Assembly (NCBI GenBank): GCA_052390515.1
Contig: JBQTGV010000152.1
Coordinates: forward strand, 1-18,570
Length of the DNA: 18,570 nucleotides
Origin: Candidatus Eiseniibacteriota bacterium
Lineage (GTDB): Bacteria; ARS69
Direction: 5' to 3'
Of the stretch, positions 6,009 through 15,414 are shown piece after piece; position 1 is the stretch's first letter, and the number at the start of each line of letters is the position of its first letter. The notes beneath the pieces are model-generated. The model saw only the letters and a list, made by a program, of their open reading frames with translations, had not been told where the DNA came from and did no database searches. A program made the position numbers and the translations under genes.

Positions 6009-8447
6009 CTAGCGGCCGAGGTGCACGACCTTTCGCGTGCCGGAGAAGGTCTCGCCTTTCAGCCGCACCAAGTACATCCCTGCCGGCACCGAAGCCCCGA
6101 GGTCGTCTCTTCCGTCCCAGAGCAGCGAGTGCGTGCCGATGTCGAACGGCACCGAGCCGATGCGACGCACCAGCCGCCCTATCACGTCGTAGACCCCCGC
6201 GCCGACCGCCTGCGGCTCGGCCAGGGTGAACTGCAGAGCCGTCTCGCCGCGGAAGGGATTGGGACGTGGCTCGCGGAGCTCCGTCGCAGCAAGTGTGCCG
6301 GCCGCCGTTGCAGAGATGGGCCCAAAGGGCCTCTCGCCCTGGATGTCGTCGCGGACGATCACCTGATACCAGTAGGTACGCCCAGGGTCCACGTTCCCGT
6401 CGACGCAACGGTGGGGTCCGCTGCGCGCCAAGGTCATGCTCGCCACGGTCGAGAACGGTCCGGACGGGCGAGCGGCGCGACGAACGTCGCAGCTGCCGCC
6501 CCGAGCGGATGGCGAGAGACTCCACGAGACGGCGAGCCCCTCCGGGCACTTCTCCACGGAGAGTGCCGAGATGGGAACAGCGGACGCAGCCGCCACGGCG
6601 CGACAGCCGTTCGCGCCCGTGACGCACGGCACCGAGCCCGCCGAGGAGAATCCTCTCACTTGCGCGTCCCGCTCCTTGAAGTCGTAACAGTCGGCCACGC
6701 CGAGCACACCGGATCCGGCCGCCGGCGCCAGGCAGAACTCGCCGCCGTCGTCGATCACAACCCAGTACCCGAGCAGGAACTCGGCCGAGCTTCCGATCGG
6801 GCAGTTGGGCACGGCCAGGAGGAGCTTGCGCGGGTCCGCGTAGACGTTGAGCACGCCATTCATGAGGACGAAGCCGAGCGGTTCGAGCGTTCCGGACACG
6901 TCGGCTTCAAACGCTGTCACGCCGCGCTCGGCACAGGTCACCCAAAGGTAGAGCTTGCGCGGGCCGCCGGTGGGCGTCCCCACGTTGACGAACGGATCGG
7001 TGTCGCTCGCGCTGATCGAGAACTCGTAGCCGGACGGGAGGAAGAGCGCGCTCTCCGTCATCGGCCCACGCATCGTGACCGTGGCCGTCGGCTCGGAACC
7101 CGAGTATCCGCCAGTCGTGTCGGCCGCCTCGCCACTCAACTCCCAGCGGACGAGGTCGTTGCGCGGACCGGGCGACGCCGAGATCTCGACTTCCGCGCCG
7201 GCCCGCTGCCACGCGCTGGCAGGCGTGACGGAACCGGTCCCACTAGCCTTCACGTCGAGCCAGTAGGACGTGTCGAAGAGCGCGGTCAAGGAACGAAGGT
7301 GGTCTCCGGCGACGAACTGGTAGACGCTCCCGGAGGTGCCGTCGCTCCAGCCGGCGAAGTCGAGACGGACGCCGACGCGCGGGTGCTGCTGCGGCTCGAC
7401 GGAGACTAGATGGACCGAGCCCGGATCCCAATCGAACACGGTCGGCTTGGAGTATCCGATGCCATCGATGCGAACCAGCCCACCGTCCTTGTTCGCCGCC
7501 ACCACGGCAGCGCCGTGCAGAGGTGACACGACCCCGACGACGGCATGTTGTGACCAGTATCCCGGGCTCCATGCGCGAGACGTGATCAGGATGCGTCCCT
7601 GGCGGTCTACCACCAAGCTCCCCGGGGAGTCCCAGGACTCGAGGCCGTAGAAGTCGGCTGACGTGAGCGGGACGCCGTCGGTCGTGAGCACCTCCAAGTG
7701 GGGCCAGGAGCTGCCCCCCTCCAACCCGTAGACGACGCCCGAGTCCACCACGAACCTCATCGTCTTCCACCACTGCCCGATCACCCGCTCCGAGACCAGC
7801 TGTCCAGCCTCGTCCAGCTCCTTGAGATAGATCATCTCTTCGGCGGCGTGCGGATTGTGGTAGGTGGGCCGGGACTTCGCCTCGAGCAGCACGACGAAGA
7901 ATCGGCCGCCCGAGTCGACAGCGACGTCAAGGGCGAGAGGAGGCACGAGCCATGGTTTCTCGGCCCGGAAGGGCCAGACAGCCAAGAGCTCGCCCGAGGT
8001 CGTGAACTTCCGAAGCTCGCGGTGGCCGAGTACGTACACGAAAAGGTTCTCGAACAGGGCCATCTGCGGCCAGTCCGAGTCGCTGCCGGTGTGCCAGCTC
8101 TGGAGGAGCGTGCCGCCCGCGGAGTAACGCTCGATGTCCTTGTTCACCAGCGTGTACACGTTCCCGTCCGAGTCCACCGCCAGATCGGAGGCGCCGTTCG
8201 GCAAGTCCCAGAGCGGTACCGAACTCCCGTCCTCCAAGAGCTTGACCAAGTGCCAGCCTGCGTCGGTCCCGAACACCGTGTAGACCTGCCCGTGCGCATC
8301 GATCGTGATCGGTCCGGGCCACGAGTCCTCCTCGAAGTACCAGCGGTCGATGACCGTCGGGGGGTCAATCAGATTCGCTGGACACTGGGAGGGCACCACA
8401 CCCTCACCGAGCAGCACGATCGCAGCGACCCTGATCAGTCCGCGCAC
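6009..8447 (-). CDS. Large secreted multidomain protein: NHL/beta-propeller-like N-terminus, InlB B-repeat-like modules, Cys-containing beta domain, FN3-like module, C-terminal FlgD-Ig/T9SS-A-like domain
   Basis: GTG 8447 with GGAGG 8 nt upstream and a signal-like N-terminus. Repeated (L/V)AVDSxG..Y / ..F...G.LL..W blades. YWLDVKASGTGSVTP..GAEVEISASP repeat. Tail PNPFRGET...WDGRDDLG..VPAGMYLVRL...TRKVV. Confidence 0.8.
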   Translation of the reverse strand: MRGLIRVAAIVLLGEGVVPSQCPANLIDPPTVIDRWYFEEDSWPGPITIDAHGQVYTVFGTDAGWHLVKLLEDGSSVPLWDLPNGASDLAVDSDGNVYTLVNKDIERYSAGGTLLQSWHTGSDSDWPQMALFENLFVYVLGHRELRKFTTSGELLAVWPFRAEKPWLVPPLALDVAVDSGGRFFVVLLEAKSRPTYHNPHAAEEMIYLKELDEAGQLVSERVIGQWWKTMRFVVDSGVVYGLEGGSSWPHLEVLTTDGVPLTSADFYGLESWDSPGSLVVDRQGRILITSRAWSPGYWSQHAVVGVVSPLHGAAVVAANKDGGLVRIDGIGYSKPTVFDWDPGSVHLVSVEPQQHPRVGVRLDFAGWSDGTSGSVYQFVAGDHLRSLTALFDTSYWLDVKASGTGSVTPASAWQRAGAEVEISASPGPRNDLVRWELSGEAADTTGGYSGSEPTATVTMRGPMTESALFLPSGYEFSISASDTDPFVNVGTPTGGPRKLYLWVTCAERGVTAFEADVSGTLEPLGFVLMNGVLNVYADPRKLLLAVPNCPIGSSAEFLLGYWVVIDDGGEFCLAPAAGSGVLGVADCYDFKERDAQVRGFSSAGSVPCVTGANGCRAVAAASAVPISALSVEKCPEGLAVSWSLSPSARGGSCDVRRAARPSGPFSTVASMTLARSGPHRCVDGNVDPGRTYWYQVIVRDDIQGERPFGPISATAAGTLAATELREPRPNPFRGETALQFTLAEPQAVGAGVYDVIGRLVRRIGSVPFDIGTHSLLWDGRDDLGASVPAGMYLVRLKGETFSGTRKVVHLGR

Positions 8448-8576
8448 TGGCTGCACCTCCGAAGGGACCTGCGTCTCTTGCATCGACGGGGGGGATGCCC
8501 GTACTAAGCAGCCGTCGTGCCGAGTCGAGCGGCGGTCAGGTTCCGCAAAGCATCCCGAGGTATCGGCCAAACCTGC

Positions 8577-8879
8577 CTACGGCTGCAGCTCCACCAGCGT
8601 CGCACCCCACCCGGCCCCGGTTTCCGAGTCCAGGCGAAACGCGACGACGTCGCCGCGCCGCGCGAGCACGGCGTGCACGGTTTCCCGCAGCACACCGATG
8701 CCCTTTCCGTGAACGATGCGCACGTGAAGGATGCCGCGGCGGCGGCACTCGTCGAGGTAGTCAGCGACGAGCTCGGGCACGTCGCGCGGGGCGAAGAGGT
8801 GCAGGTCGAGTGTGCCGTCGATGGGCAGCTCGACGGGATCGGGGTCCGGCGCGTCGTCGTCGGGTTCGTCAACCGCCAT
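8577..8879 (-). CDS. Stand-alone Smr domain protein (probable endonuclease)
   Basis: LDLH, IVHGKGIGVLR, GWGATLV Smr motifs; 100 aa. Confidence 0.92.
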   Translation of the reverse strand: MAVDEPDDDAPDPDPVELPIDGTLDLHLFAPRDVPELVADYLDECRRRGILHVRIVHGKGIGVLRETVHAVLARRGDVVAFRLDSETGAGWGATLVELQP

Positions 8880-8887
8880 GACGGCGG

Positions 8888-8916
8888 ATTATAGCCGCCG
8901 GGCGGCGTGCTATGCT
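8888..8916. promoter_or_regulatory. Back-to-back -10 elements for Smr (TATAAT, minus, 8893-8888) and rsgA (TG-C-TATGCT, plus, 8908-8916)
   Basis: Each hexamer lies 8-9 nt from its ATG with no SD. Palindrome GCCGCC-G-GGCGGC (8894-8906) lies between them. Confidence 0.65.
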
Positions 8917-8925
8917 CCACGCCTC

Positions 8926-10002
8926 ATGGCGAAGAAGACGCGAAGACGGACGCAGGCGGGTCGAAGCGCGCGCGGATCCTCCCGGCGCCAGCGCATCCAC
9001 GACGAGGACTCCGGTCCCCGCCGCGAGAAGATCCTGCGTGGCAGCGAGAACGAGGGTGCGCCGCCGCCCGAGGCCTCACGGCGCGAGGAAGAGGGCGACG
9101 TCCGCACCGGCCGGGTCGTCGCGTTGCGGGGCCGCGAAGTCGTCGTCGCCCCGGGCGGCGGTGCCGCTCCGGTCGTCTGCCTCCTGCGACGGTCGACGCG
9201 CGTCCCGCACCAGCGCTCGACCGTGCTCGCCGTCGGCGACGTCGTCCGCTACCTCGCGGAGGGGGCCGGGCCGCACGTGCTCACCGAAGTGGAACCGCGG
9301 CGGACGCGCCTCTCGAGAGCCCGCGGTGCGGGGGAGGAGCAGGTGATCGCCGCCAACGTGGACCTCTGCGTCATCGTCGCTTCCGCGGACCGGCCGCCGT
9401 TCAAGCCGCGCCTCGTCGACCGTTTCCTCGTCTCCGCCAAGGAAGGCGGCCTCGAACCGGTGCTCGTCATCAACAAGAGCGATCTCGTTTCGCCCTCCGA
9501 CTCCGCCGCCATGGTGGCTCCGTACGGCCCGCTCGGCTTTCCGGCGCTCGCCGTCTCGGCCGAGACCGGCGAAGGCCTGGACGCGCTCCGCGGCGTGCTG
9601 CGCGGGCGAACGTCGGTGCTCTCGGGCCAGTCCGGCGTAGGCAAGTCTTCGCTGCTGAACCAGCTCGTCCCCGACCTCGACATCCGAACTGCGGACGTCT
9701 ACGGAGCCCGGGGCAAGGGCCGCCACACGACGTCCTCGTCCACGCTCTACGAGCTCCCGGGTGGGGGCGCGGTCATCGACACCCCCGGCCTTCGCTCCTT
9801 CGCCATGCACGCACCTTCCCTCGAGGCGCTGCACGACTTCTTCCCGGAGATCGCTCGGGCGGCCGAAGCCTGCCGGTTCGCCGACTGCCGGCACCGGGGT
9901 GACGAGGGCTGTGCGGTCGCGGCCGCGGTCGAGCGCGGGCAAGTGCTGCCCGACCGCCTGGAGAGCTACCTGGCGCTCCGAGCGGACATCGAGAGCCGCT
10001 AG
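8926..10002 (+). CDS. rsgA: Small ribosomal subunit biogenesis GTPase RsgA
   Basis: OB-fold (AVGDVV), circularly permuted GTPase NKSD / GQSGVGKSS / GRHTT / DTPG, zinc finger CRFADCRH..DEGC. Confidence 0.96.
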   Translation: MAKKTRRRTQAGRSARGSSRRQRIHDEDSGPRREKILRGSENEGAPPPEASRREEEGDVRTGRVVALRGREVVVAPGGGAAPVVCLLRRSTRVPHQRSTVLAVGDVVRYLAEGAGPHVLTEVEPRRTRLSRARGAGEEQVIAANVDLCVIVASADRPPFKPRLVDRFLVSAKEGGLEPVLVINKSDLVSPSDSAAMVAPYGPLGFPALAVSAETGEGLDALRGVLRGRTSVLSGQSGVGKSSLLNQLVPDLDIRTADVYGARGKGRHTTSSSTLYELPGGGAVIDTPGLRSFAMHAPSLEALHDFFPEIARAAEACRFADCRHRGDEGCAVAAAVERGQVLPDRLESYLALRADIESR

Positions 10003-10039
10003 GCTGGACCAGGCCCGCCCCGTCTGGTAAACGGGATCC

Positions 10040-11644
10040 GTGGAGATCCTCGAGACCCGGCTGGACCCGAAATCGGAGGCGTTCCGCGGGAACGCCGCGC
10101 ACCACCGGGCCCTCGCCGAGGAGCTCGCCGCGAAGCTCGCCGCCGTCCGGGAGGGCGGCGGAGCGGAGAACCGCTCCCGCCACGAGAAGCGCGGCAAGCT
10201 CTTCGTCCGCGACCGCATCGACGCCCTCCTCGACGAGGGCAGTGCCTTCCTCGAGCTCTCGCCGCTCGCCGCGCATGGGCTGTACGACGACGCGGCCCCG
10301 GCGGCCGGCATCGTCACCGGCATCGGGCGCGTCGCCGGCCGCGAGGTGATGGTCGTCGCCAACGACGCCATGGTGAAGGGCGGCACGTACTTCCCGATCA
10401 CCGTGAAGAAGCACCTGCGCGCACAGGAGATCGCGCGCGAGAACCGCCTGCCGTGTGTCTACCTCGTGGACTCCGGCGGCGCGTTCCTTCCCATGCAGGA
10501 CGAGGTCTTCCCGGACCGCGAGCACTTCGGCCGCATCTTCTACAACCAGGCGGTCATGTCGGCGGAGGGGATCCCGCAGGTGGCCGCGGTGCTGGGGTCG
10601 TGCACCGCCGGCGGCGCGTACGTCCCGGCCATGAGCGACGAGGCCATCATCGTCAAGGACCAGGGCACGATCTTTCTCGGCGGCCCGCCGCTGGTGAAGG
10701 CCGCCACCGGCGAAGAGGTCACCGCGGAAGAACTCGGCGGCGGCGACGTGCACACGCGCATCTCCGGCGTGGCCGATCACCTCGCCGAGAACGACGCGGA
10801 CGCCATCGACCTCGTGCGCGAGACGCTCGCGCACCTGACCGGCGAGAAGCCGGAGCTCGAGCGGCGGAACGCCGAGCCGCCCGCCCACGACCCCGAGGAG
10901 ATCCTCGGCGTGCTTCCGGCCGACCTTCGCCGCCCCTACGACGTCCGCGAGGTCCTGGCCCGCGTGCTCGACGGCTCGCGCTTCCACGAGTTCAAGGCGC
11001 GCTACGGCACGACGCTCGTGACCGGTTTCGGACACGTCCACGGGTACCCCGTCGCCGTGCTCGGCAACAACGGCGTGCTCTTCTCCGAGAGCGCGCTCAA
11101 GGGAACGCACTTCATCGAGCTGGCCACGCAGCGACGCATTCCGCTGCTCTTCCTGCAGAACATCACCGGCTTCATGGTGGGGAAGGATGCGGAGCACGGC
11201 GGCATCGCCAAGGACGGGGCGAAGATGGTGCACGCCGTGGCCAACGCGCGTGTGCCCAAGATCACCGTCATCGTCGGCGGCAGCTACGGCGCCGGCAACT
11301 ACGGCATGTGCGGGCGCGCCTATGGCCCTCGCTTCCTCTTCATGTGGCCGAACGCCCGCATCAGTGTGATGGGCGGCGAGCAGGCCGCGAACGTCCTGCG
11401 CGCGGTGAAGGTCGAGCAGCTCGCGGCGAAGGGCGGGGCGATGTCCGACGCAGAGCAGCGCGAGTTCATGCGCCCCATCCTCGAGAAGTACGAGCGCGAG
11501 GGAAGCCCCTACTACTCGACGGCGCGCCTCTGGGACGACGGCGTGATCGACCCGCGGCGCACCCGCGACGTGCTCGGCCTGGCGCTGTCGGCGGCCGTGA
11601 ACGCGCCGATCCGGCACACCACGTACGGGGTCTACCGGATGTGA
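10040..11644 (+). CDS. liuB: 3-methylcrotonyl-CoA carboxylase beta (carboxyltransferase) subunit
   Basis: [73 protein letters not shown]; clustered with hydratase and HMG-CoA lyase. Confidence 0.93.
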   Translation: MEILETRLDPKSEAFRGNAAHHRALAEELAAKLAAVREGGGAENRSRHEKRGKLFVRDRIDALLDEGSAFLELSPLAAHGLYDDAAPAAGIVTGIGRVAGREVMVVANDAMVKGGTYFPITVKKHLRAQEIARENRLPCVYLVDSGGAFLPMQDEVFPDREHFGRIFYNQAVMSAEGIPQVAAVLGSCTAGGAYVPAMSDEAIIVKDQGTIFLGGPPLVKAATGEEVTAEELGGGDVHTRISGVADHLAENDADAIDLVRETLAHLTGEKPELERRNAEPPAHDPEEILGVLPADLRRPYDVREVLARVLDGSRFHEFKARYGTTLVTGFGHVHGYPVAVLGNNGVLFSESALKGTHFIELATQRRIPLLFLQNITGFMVGKDAEHGGIAKDGAKMVHAVANARVPKITVIVGGSYGAGNYGMCGRAYGPRFLFMWPNARISVMGGEQAANVLRAVKVEQLAAKGGAMSDAEQREFMRPILEKYEREGSPYYSTARLWDDGVIDPRRTRDVLGLALSAAVNAPIRHTTYGVYRM

Positions 11645-12432
11645 GCGCCCTCGTGCGCGTCGTGCGGGAGGGCGATGTGCTGCGCGTGACGCTCGACCGC
11701 CCGGACGTGCGCAACGCGCTCTCCTCGGCGCTGCTCGACGAGCTGCGCCGCGCGTTCACCGACGCCGCGAAGGACGCGACGATCCGGCTGGCCGTCCTTG
11801 CCGGCGAGGGCAGGGACTTCTGCGCCGGCGCCGACCTCGCCGACATGAAGCGGGCCGGCGCGGCCTCGCCCGAGGAGAACCGGGCCGACGCGGCGCGCCT
11901 GGCCGCCGCCTTCCGCGCCGTGCACGCCTTCCCGCGGCCGGTCGTCGCGCGGGTGCAAGGCAACGTGCTCGGCGGCGGCAACGGCCTCGTCGCCGCCTGC
12001 GACATCGCCCTCTGCGCCACGGACGCGCGCTTCGCCTTCAGCGAGGTCCGCCTCGGAATCCTGCCGGCGGTCATCAGCCCGTACGTCCTCCGCCGCATCG
12101 GCGACCCCTGGACGCGCCGTCTCTTTCTGACGGGCGAGCGCTTCGGCGCCGACCTCGCGCTGCGCATCGGCCTCGTCAGCGAGGTTGCTCCGGAGGCCGA
12201 GCTGGACGCCGCCGTCGCGCACATCGCGGACGCCCTGCGGCTCGGCAGCCCGGACGCGCAGCGTCGCGTGAAGCATCTGCTGGACGCCGTGTCCACCGGC
12301 GACCTGGACGCGGCCTCCGCGGTGACGCCGGACTTCATCGCCGAAGCGCGCGCGTCGGCCGAGGGGCAGGAGGGGCTTCGCGCCTTCTTCGAGAAGCGGC
12401 CGCCTTCGTGGGCTCCGAAGGACGCGTCGTGA
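11641..12432 (+). CDS. liuC: Enoyl-CoA hydratase family, probable methylglutaconyl-CoA hydratase
   Basis: [63 protein letters not shown] overlap with upstream stop. Confidence 0.88.
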   Translation: MSALVRVVREGDVLRVTLDRPDVRNALSSALLDELRRAFTDAAKDATIRLAVLAGEGRDFCAGADLADMKRAGAASPEENRADAARLAAAFRAVHAFPRPVVARVQGNVLGGGNGLVAACDIALCATDARFAFSEVRLGILPAVISPYVLRRIGDPWTRRLFLTGERFGADLALRIGLVSEVAPEAELDAAVAHIADALRLGSPDAQRRVKHLLDAVSTGDLDAASAVTPDFIAEARASAEGQEGLRAFFEKRPPSWAPKDAS

Positions 12433-13967
12433 AGAAGGTGCTGGTGGCCAACCGCGGCGAGATCGCCTGCCGGGTGCTGGCCGCGCTGCGGGAGGAAGGG
12501 ATCCGCTCGGTCGCGGTGCACAGCGACGTCGATGCCGGCGCGCTGCACGTCCGCCGGGCCGACGAGGCATTGGCGATCGGGCCGGCGCCGGCGGCAGAGT
12601 CGTACCTGAGCATCGAGCGCATCGTGAGCGCGGCCCGGCACGCCGGTGCCGACGCCGTGCATCCCGGCTACGGCTTCCTCGCCGAGAACGCGGACTTCGC
12701 GCGGGCCGTCGAGGACGCCGGCCTCGTCTTCATCGGACCGCGGCCGGAGACGATCCGGCTGCTCGGCGACAAGCGCCGCGCCCGCGAGGTGGCGCGCTCG
12801 GCGAAAGTGCCGGTCGTGCCCGGCTGGGAAGGCGACGCTTCCGACCGGGGCGGGGCGGCGCGAGCCGCCGAGGCGATGGGCTGGCCGGTGCTGGTCAAGG
12901 CCGCGCTCGGCGGCGGCGGCAAGGGGATGCAACGCGTCTCCCGCCGCGAGGAACTGGATGCGGCACTCGACGCCGCCCAGCGTGTCGCGCGCGCGTCGTT
13001 CGGATCGGCCGAGGTGTATCTGGAGAAGGCGATCGTCGAGCCGCGCCACGTCGAGGTGCAGATCCTCGGCGACGGCGAGGGCACGGTGGTGCACTTGTTC
13101 GAGCGTGAGTGCTCGCTGCAGCGGCGCCACCAGAAGATCATCGAGGAGTCGCCGTCGCCGGCGCTCTCGGCGAAGGCGCGCAAGGCTCTCGTCAAGGCGG
13201 CCGTGGCCATCGGCGAGGCCGTGGGCTACCGCTCCGCCGGCACCTGCGAGTTCCTGCTCGACCAGAGCGGGGACTTCTGGTTCCTCGAAGTGAACGCGCG
13301 CATCCAGGTGGAGCATCCCGTCACCGAGCTGGTCACCGGTAAGGACCTGGTGCGCGCGCAGCTGCATGTAGCCCGAGGCGAGGGCATCGGCTTCGAACAG
13401 GAAGACGTGCAGCCGAGGGGCGCGGCCGTCGAGGCGCGCGTCTACGCGGAGGACGCGGACCACGGCTTCCTGCCGCAAGCCGGCCGGCTGCTGCGGGTCG
13501 AGCTGCCGGGGGGTCCCTGGATCCGCGTGGACGCCGGCGTCGCGGGGGGAGACGCCGTGACCGTGCACTACGACCCCATGATCGCCAAGGTGATCGCGCA
13601 CGGACCGGACCGCGCGTCGGCCTGGCGGAGGCTCGCGCGGGCGCTGGACGCCGCGGTCGTGCACGGTCCGGTCTCGAACCTCGACTTCCTGCGCTGGCTC
13701 GTGCGGCGGGAGGACGTGCTGGCCGGCGAGTTCAGCACTGAGTCGATCGAGACGGTGATGCTGCCGGAGAGGGCGAAGCGCGCCGCGAGCCACGATCTCC
13801 TCGCCGTCGCCGCGGCTCTGGCGGAGCGCTTCGACCTGGCGGCGGACGGCGCCGGACCTTCAGCCGCCGGCGGCTCCGGCAGCGGAGCATCGCTTCGCCG
13901 CGCGCCCGGGCCGTTCGAGTCGCTCGCCGGGTGGCGCCACCCCGGCCTTCGCGGGGGCAACGCATGA
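12429..13967 (+). CDS. Biotin carboxylase subunit (N-terminal part of MCC alpha, no biotin carrier domain)
   Basis: VLVANRGEIA, HPGYGFLAEN, GGGGKGM, ERECSLQRRHQK, LEVNARIQVEHPVTE, YDPMIAKVI; no AMKM motif. GTGA overlap. Confidence 0.93.
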   Translation: MKKVLVANRGEIACRVLAALREEGIRSVAVHSDVDAGALHVRRADEALAIGPAPAAESYLSIERIVSAARHAGADAVHPGYGFLAENADFARAVEDAGLVFIGPRPETIRLLGDKRRAREVARSAKVPVVPGWEGDASDRGGAARAAEAMGWPVLVKAALGGGGKGMQRVSRREELDAALDAAQRVARASFGSAEVYLEKAIVEPRHVEVQILGDGEGTVVHLFERECSLQRRHQKIIEESPSPALSAKARKALVKAAVAIGEAVGYRSAGTCEFLLDQSGDFWFLEVNARIQVEHPVTELVTGKDLVRAQLHVARGEGIGFEQEDVQPRGAAVEARVYAEDADHGFLPQAGRLLRVELPGGPWIRVDAGVAGGDAVTVHYDPMIAKVIAHGPDRASAWRRLARALDAAVVHGPVSNLDFLRWLVRREDVLAGEFSTESIETVMLPERAKRAASHDLLAVAAALAERFDLAADGAGPSAAGGSGSGASLRRAPGPFESLAGWRHPGLRGGNA

Positions 13968-14470
13968 AGGTCGTCCTACGTCTCGGTGCCGACGTCCACG
14001 AGGTGGAGATCGACGACGCAGCTTCGCCCCTCGAGGCGCGGATCACCGCGGGCGCGCTGTCCGGCGAGTTCCGCGTCACGCCGCTCGGGCCTGGACGCTT
14101 CCGCATGAGCAGCGGAGCGCGCACGTGGCTTGCTTGCGTGGACCGCGAGGGCGCGCTGCGTCACGTCACCGTGGAGGGGGAGGGGGAGGCGCGCTTCGAG
14201 CGCGAGACGAAGGGACGGCGTGCCGCGCGGGACGCCCACCCCGGCGATCTGTCCTCGCCGATGCCGGGTACCGTGGTGAAGGTGCTGGCCAAGGTCGGCG
14301 ACATCGTCGCCCGCGGGCAGAACCTCCTCGTCGTCGAGGCGATGAAGATGGAGATCCAGGTGTCGGCGCCGGCGGCCGGGTGGGTGCGCGCCATCCACGC
14401 CGCGGAGGGCGACCCCTGCGACGCCGGCCAGATCCTCGCCGAGGTGGAGCCTGCCGAGGAGACGACGTGA
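13964..14470 (+). CDS. Biotin carboxyl carrier protein with N-terminal BT-like domain (C-terminal part of MCC alpha)
   Basis: SPMPGTVVKV, VVEAMKME biotinylation motif; ATGA overlap with the biotin carboxylase stop. Confidence 0.92.
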   Translation: MKVVLRLGADVHEVEIDDAASPLEARITAGALSGEFRVTPLGPGRFRMSSGARTWLACVDREGALRHVTVEGEGEARFERETKGRRAARDAHPGDLSSPMPGTVVKVLAKVGDIVARGQNLLVVEAMKMEIQVSAPAAGWVRAIHAAEGDPCDAGQILAEVEPAEETT

Positions 14471-15414
14471 CCGCGTTGCCGGAGCGCGTTCGCATCGTCG
14501 AGGTGGGTCCGCGGGACGGCCTGCAGAACGAGGCTCGCCCGGTTCCGACCGCCGCGAAGATCGAGCTCGTCGAGGATCTCGTCGATGCCGGGCTCCTCGA
14601 CGTGGAGGTCACGAGCTTCGTCCGTGGGGACCGCGTGCCGCAGCTCGCCGACGCGGACCAGGTCTTCGCCGGCATCGAGCGGAGGCGGCGCGTCAGCTAC
14701 TGGGCGCTCGTACCCAACGCACGGGGACTCGCGCGGGCGCGGGCGGCCGCCGTCACGCACGTCGCCGTTTTCACCGCCGCGACCGACGGCTTCAACCGCG
14801 CGAACGTGAATGCGACGGTCGCGGAGTCGCTGGCGCAGCTCTCGCCGGTGGTGGCCGAGGCCAAGGCGGCAGGCCTCGGCGTGCGCGGCTACGTGTCCAC
14901 CGCGTTCGGCTGCCCGTACGAGGGTGACGTGGATCCGGTGAACCCGGCGCGCGTCGCCCGCGCCCTGCTCGATGCCGGCTGCGACGAGATCTCCCTCGGC
15001 GACACGATCGGCGTGGCCGTTCCGCCCGACGTTCGCCGCGTGCTGGATGCGTGCGAATCGGCCGGCGTCCCGCGGGAGCGGCTCGCCCTGCACCTGCACG
15101 ACACGTTCGGCACTGCCCTGGCGAACGTCTGGGCGGGGCTGCTGGAGGGCGTCTGCATCTTCGATTCCTCAGCCGGCGGCCTCGGGGGCTGTCCCTTCGC
15201 GCCGGGGGCGGCCGGCAATCTCGCCACCGAGGATCTGGTCTACCTGCTCGATGGGCTCGGCATAGACAGCGGGGTTTCCCTGCCGCGCGTCGCCGAGGCG
15301 TCCGGGCGGATCGCGGCGAAGCTCGCGAAGGCGCTACCCTCCAGGGCGCGGGCGGCCTGGGCGGCGAGAGGCGGGGGGGCCGCGGGTCCCGAAAGTGGTA
15401 CCATGGGTGCATGA
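14467..15414 (+). CDS. liuE: Hydroxymethylglutaryl-CoA lyase
   Basis: EVGPRDGLQNE, FGCPYEG, SLGDTIG, LHLHDT, GLGGCPFAPGAAGNLATEDL; GTGA overlap. Confidence 0.95.
   Translation: MTALPERVRIVEVGPRDGLQNEARPVPTAAKIELVEDLVDAGLLDVEVTSFVRGDRVPQLADADQVFAGIERRRRVSYWALVPNARGLARARAAAVTHVAVFTAATDGFNRANVNATVAESLAQLSPVVAEAKAAGLGVRGYVSTAFGCPYEGDVDPVNPARVARALLDAGCDEISLGDTIGVAVPPDVRRVLDACESAGVPRERLALHLHDTFGTALANVWAGLLEGVCIFDSSAGGLGGCPFAPGAAGNLATEDLVYLLDGLGIDSGVSLPRVAEASGRIAAKLAKALPSRARAAWAARGGGAAGPESGTMGA
15396..15404 (+). promoter_or_regulatory. Extended -10 (TG-G-TACCAT) of a putative leaderless promoter for the EEP gene
   Basis: TGnTAnnnT followed by 6 nt and ATG 15411; no SD; embedded in the last codons of the HMG-CoA lyase gene. 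Confidence 0.6.

Noticed and set aside
5724-7409. 561-aa plus-strand ORF (also 7698-8507)
   Set aside because: Shadow ORFs antisense to the secreted protein; Arg/Gly/His-rich with no motifs, as expected in high-GC DNA.
9773-13793. Long minus-strand ORFs 9773-11617 and 11466-13793
   Set aside because: Antisense shadows of the well-supported carboxylase and hydratase genes.
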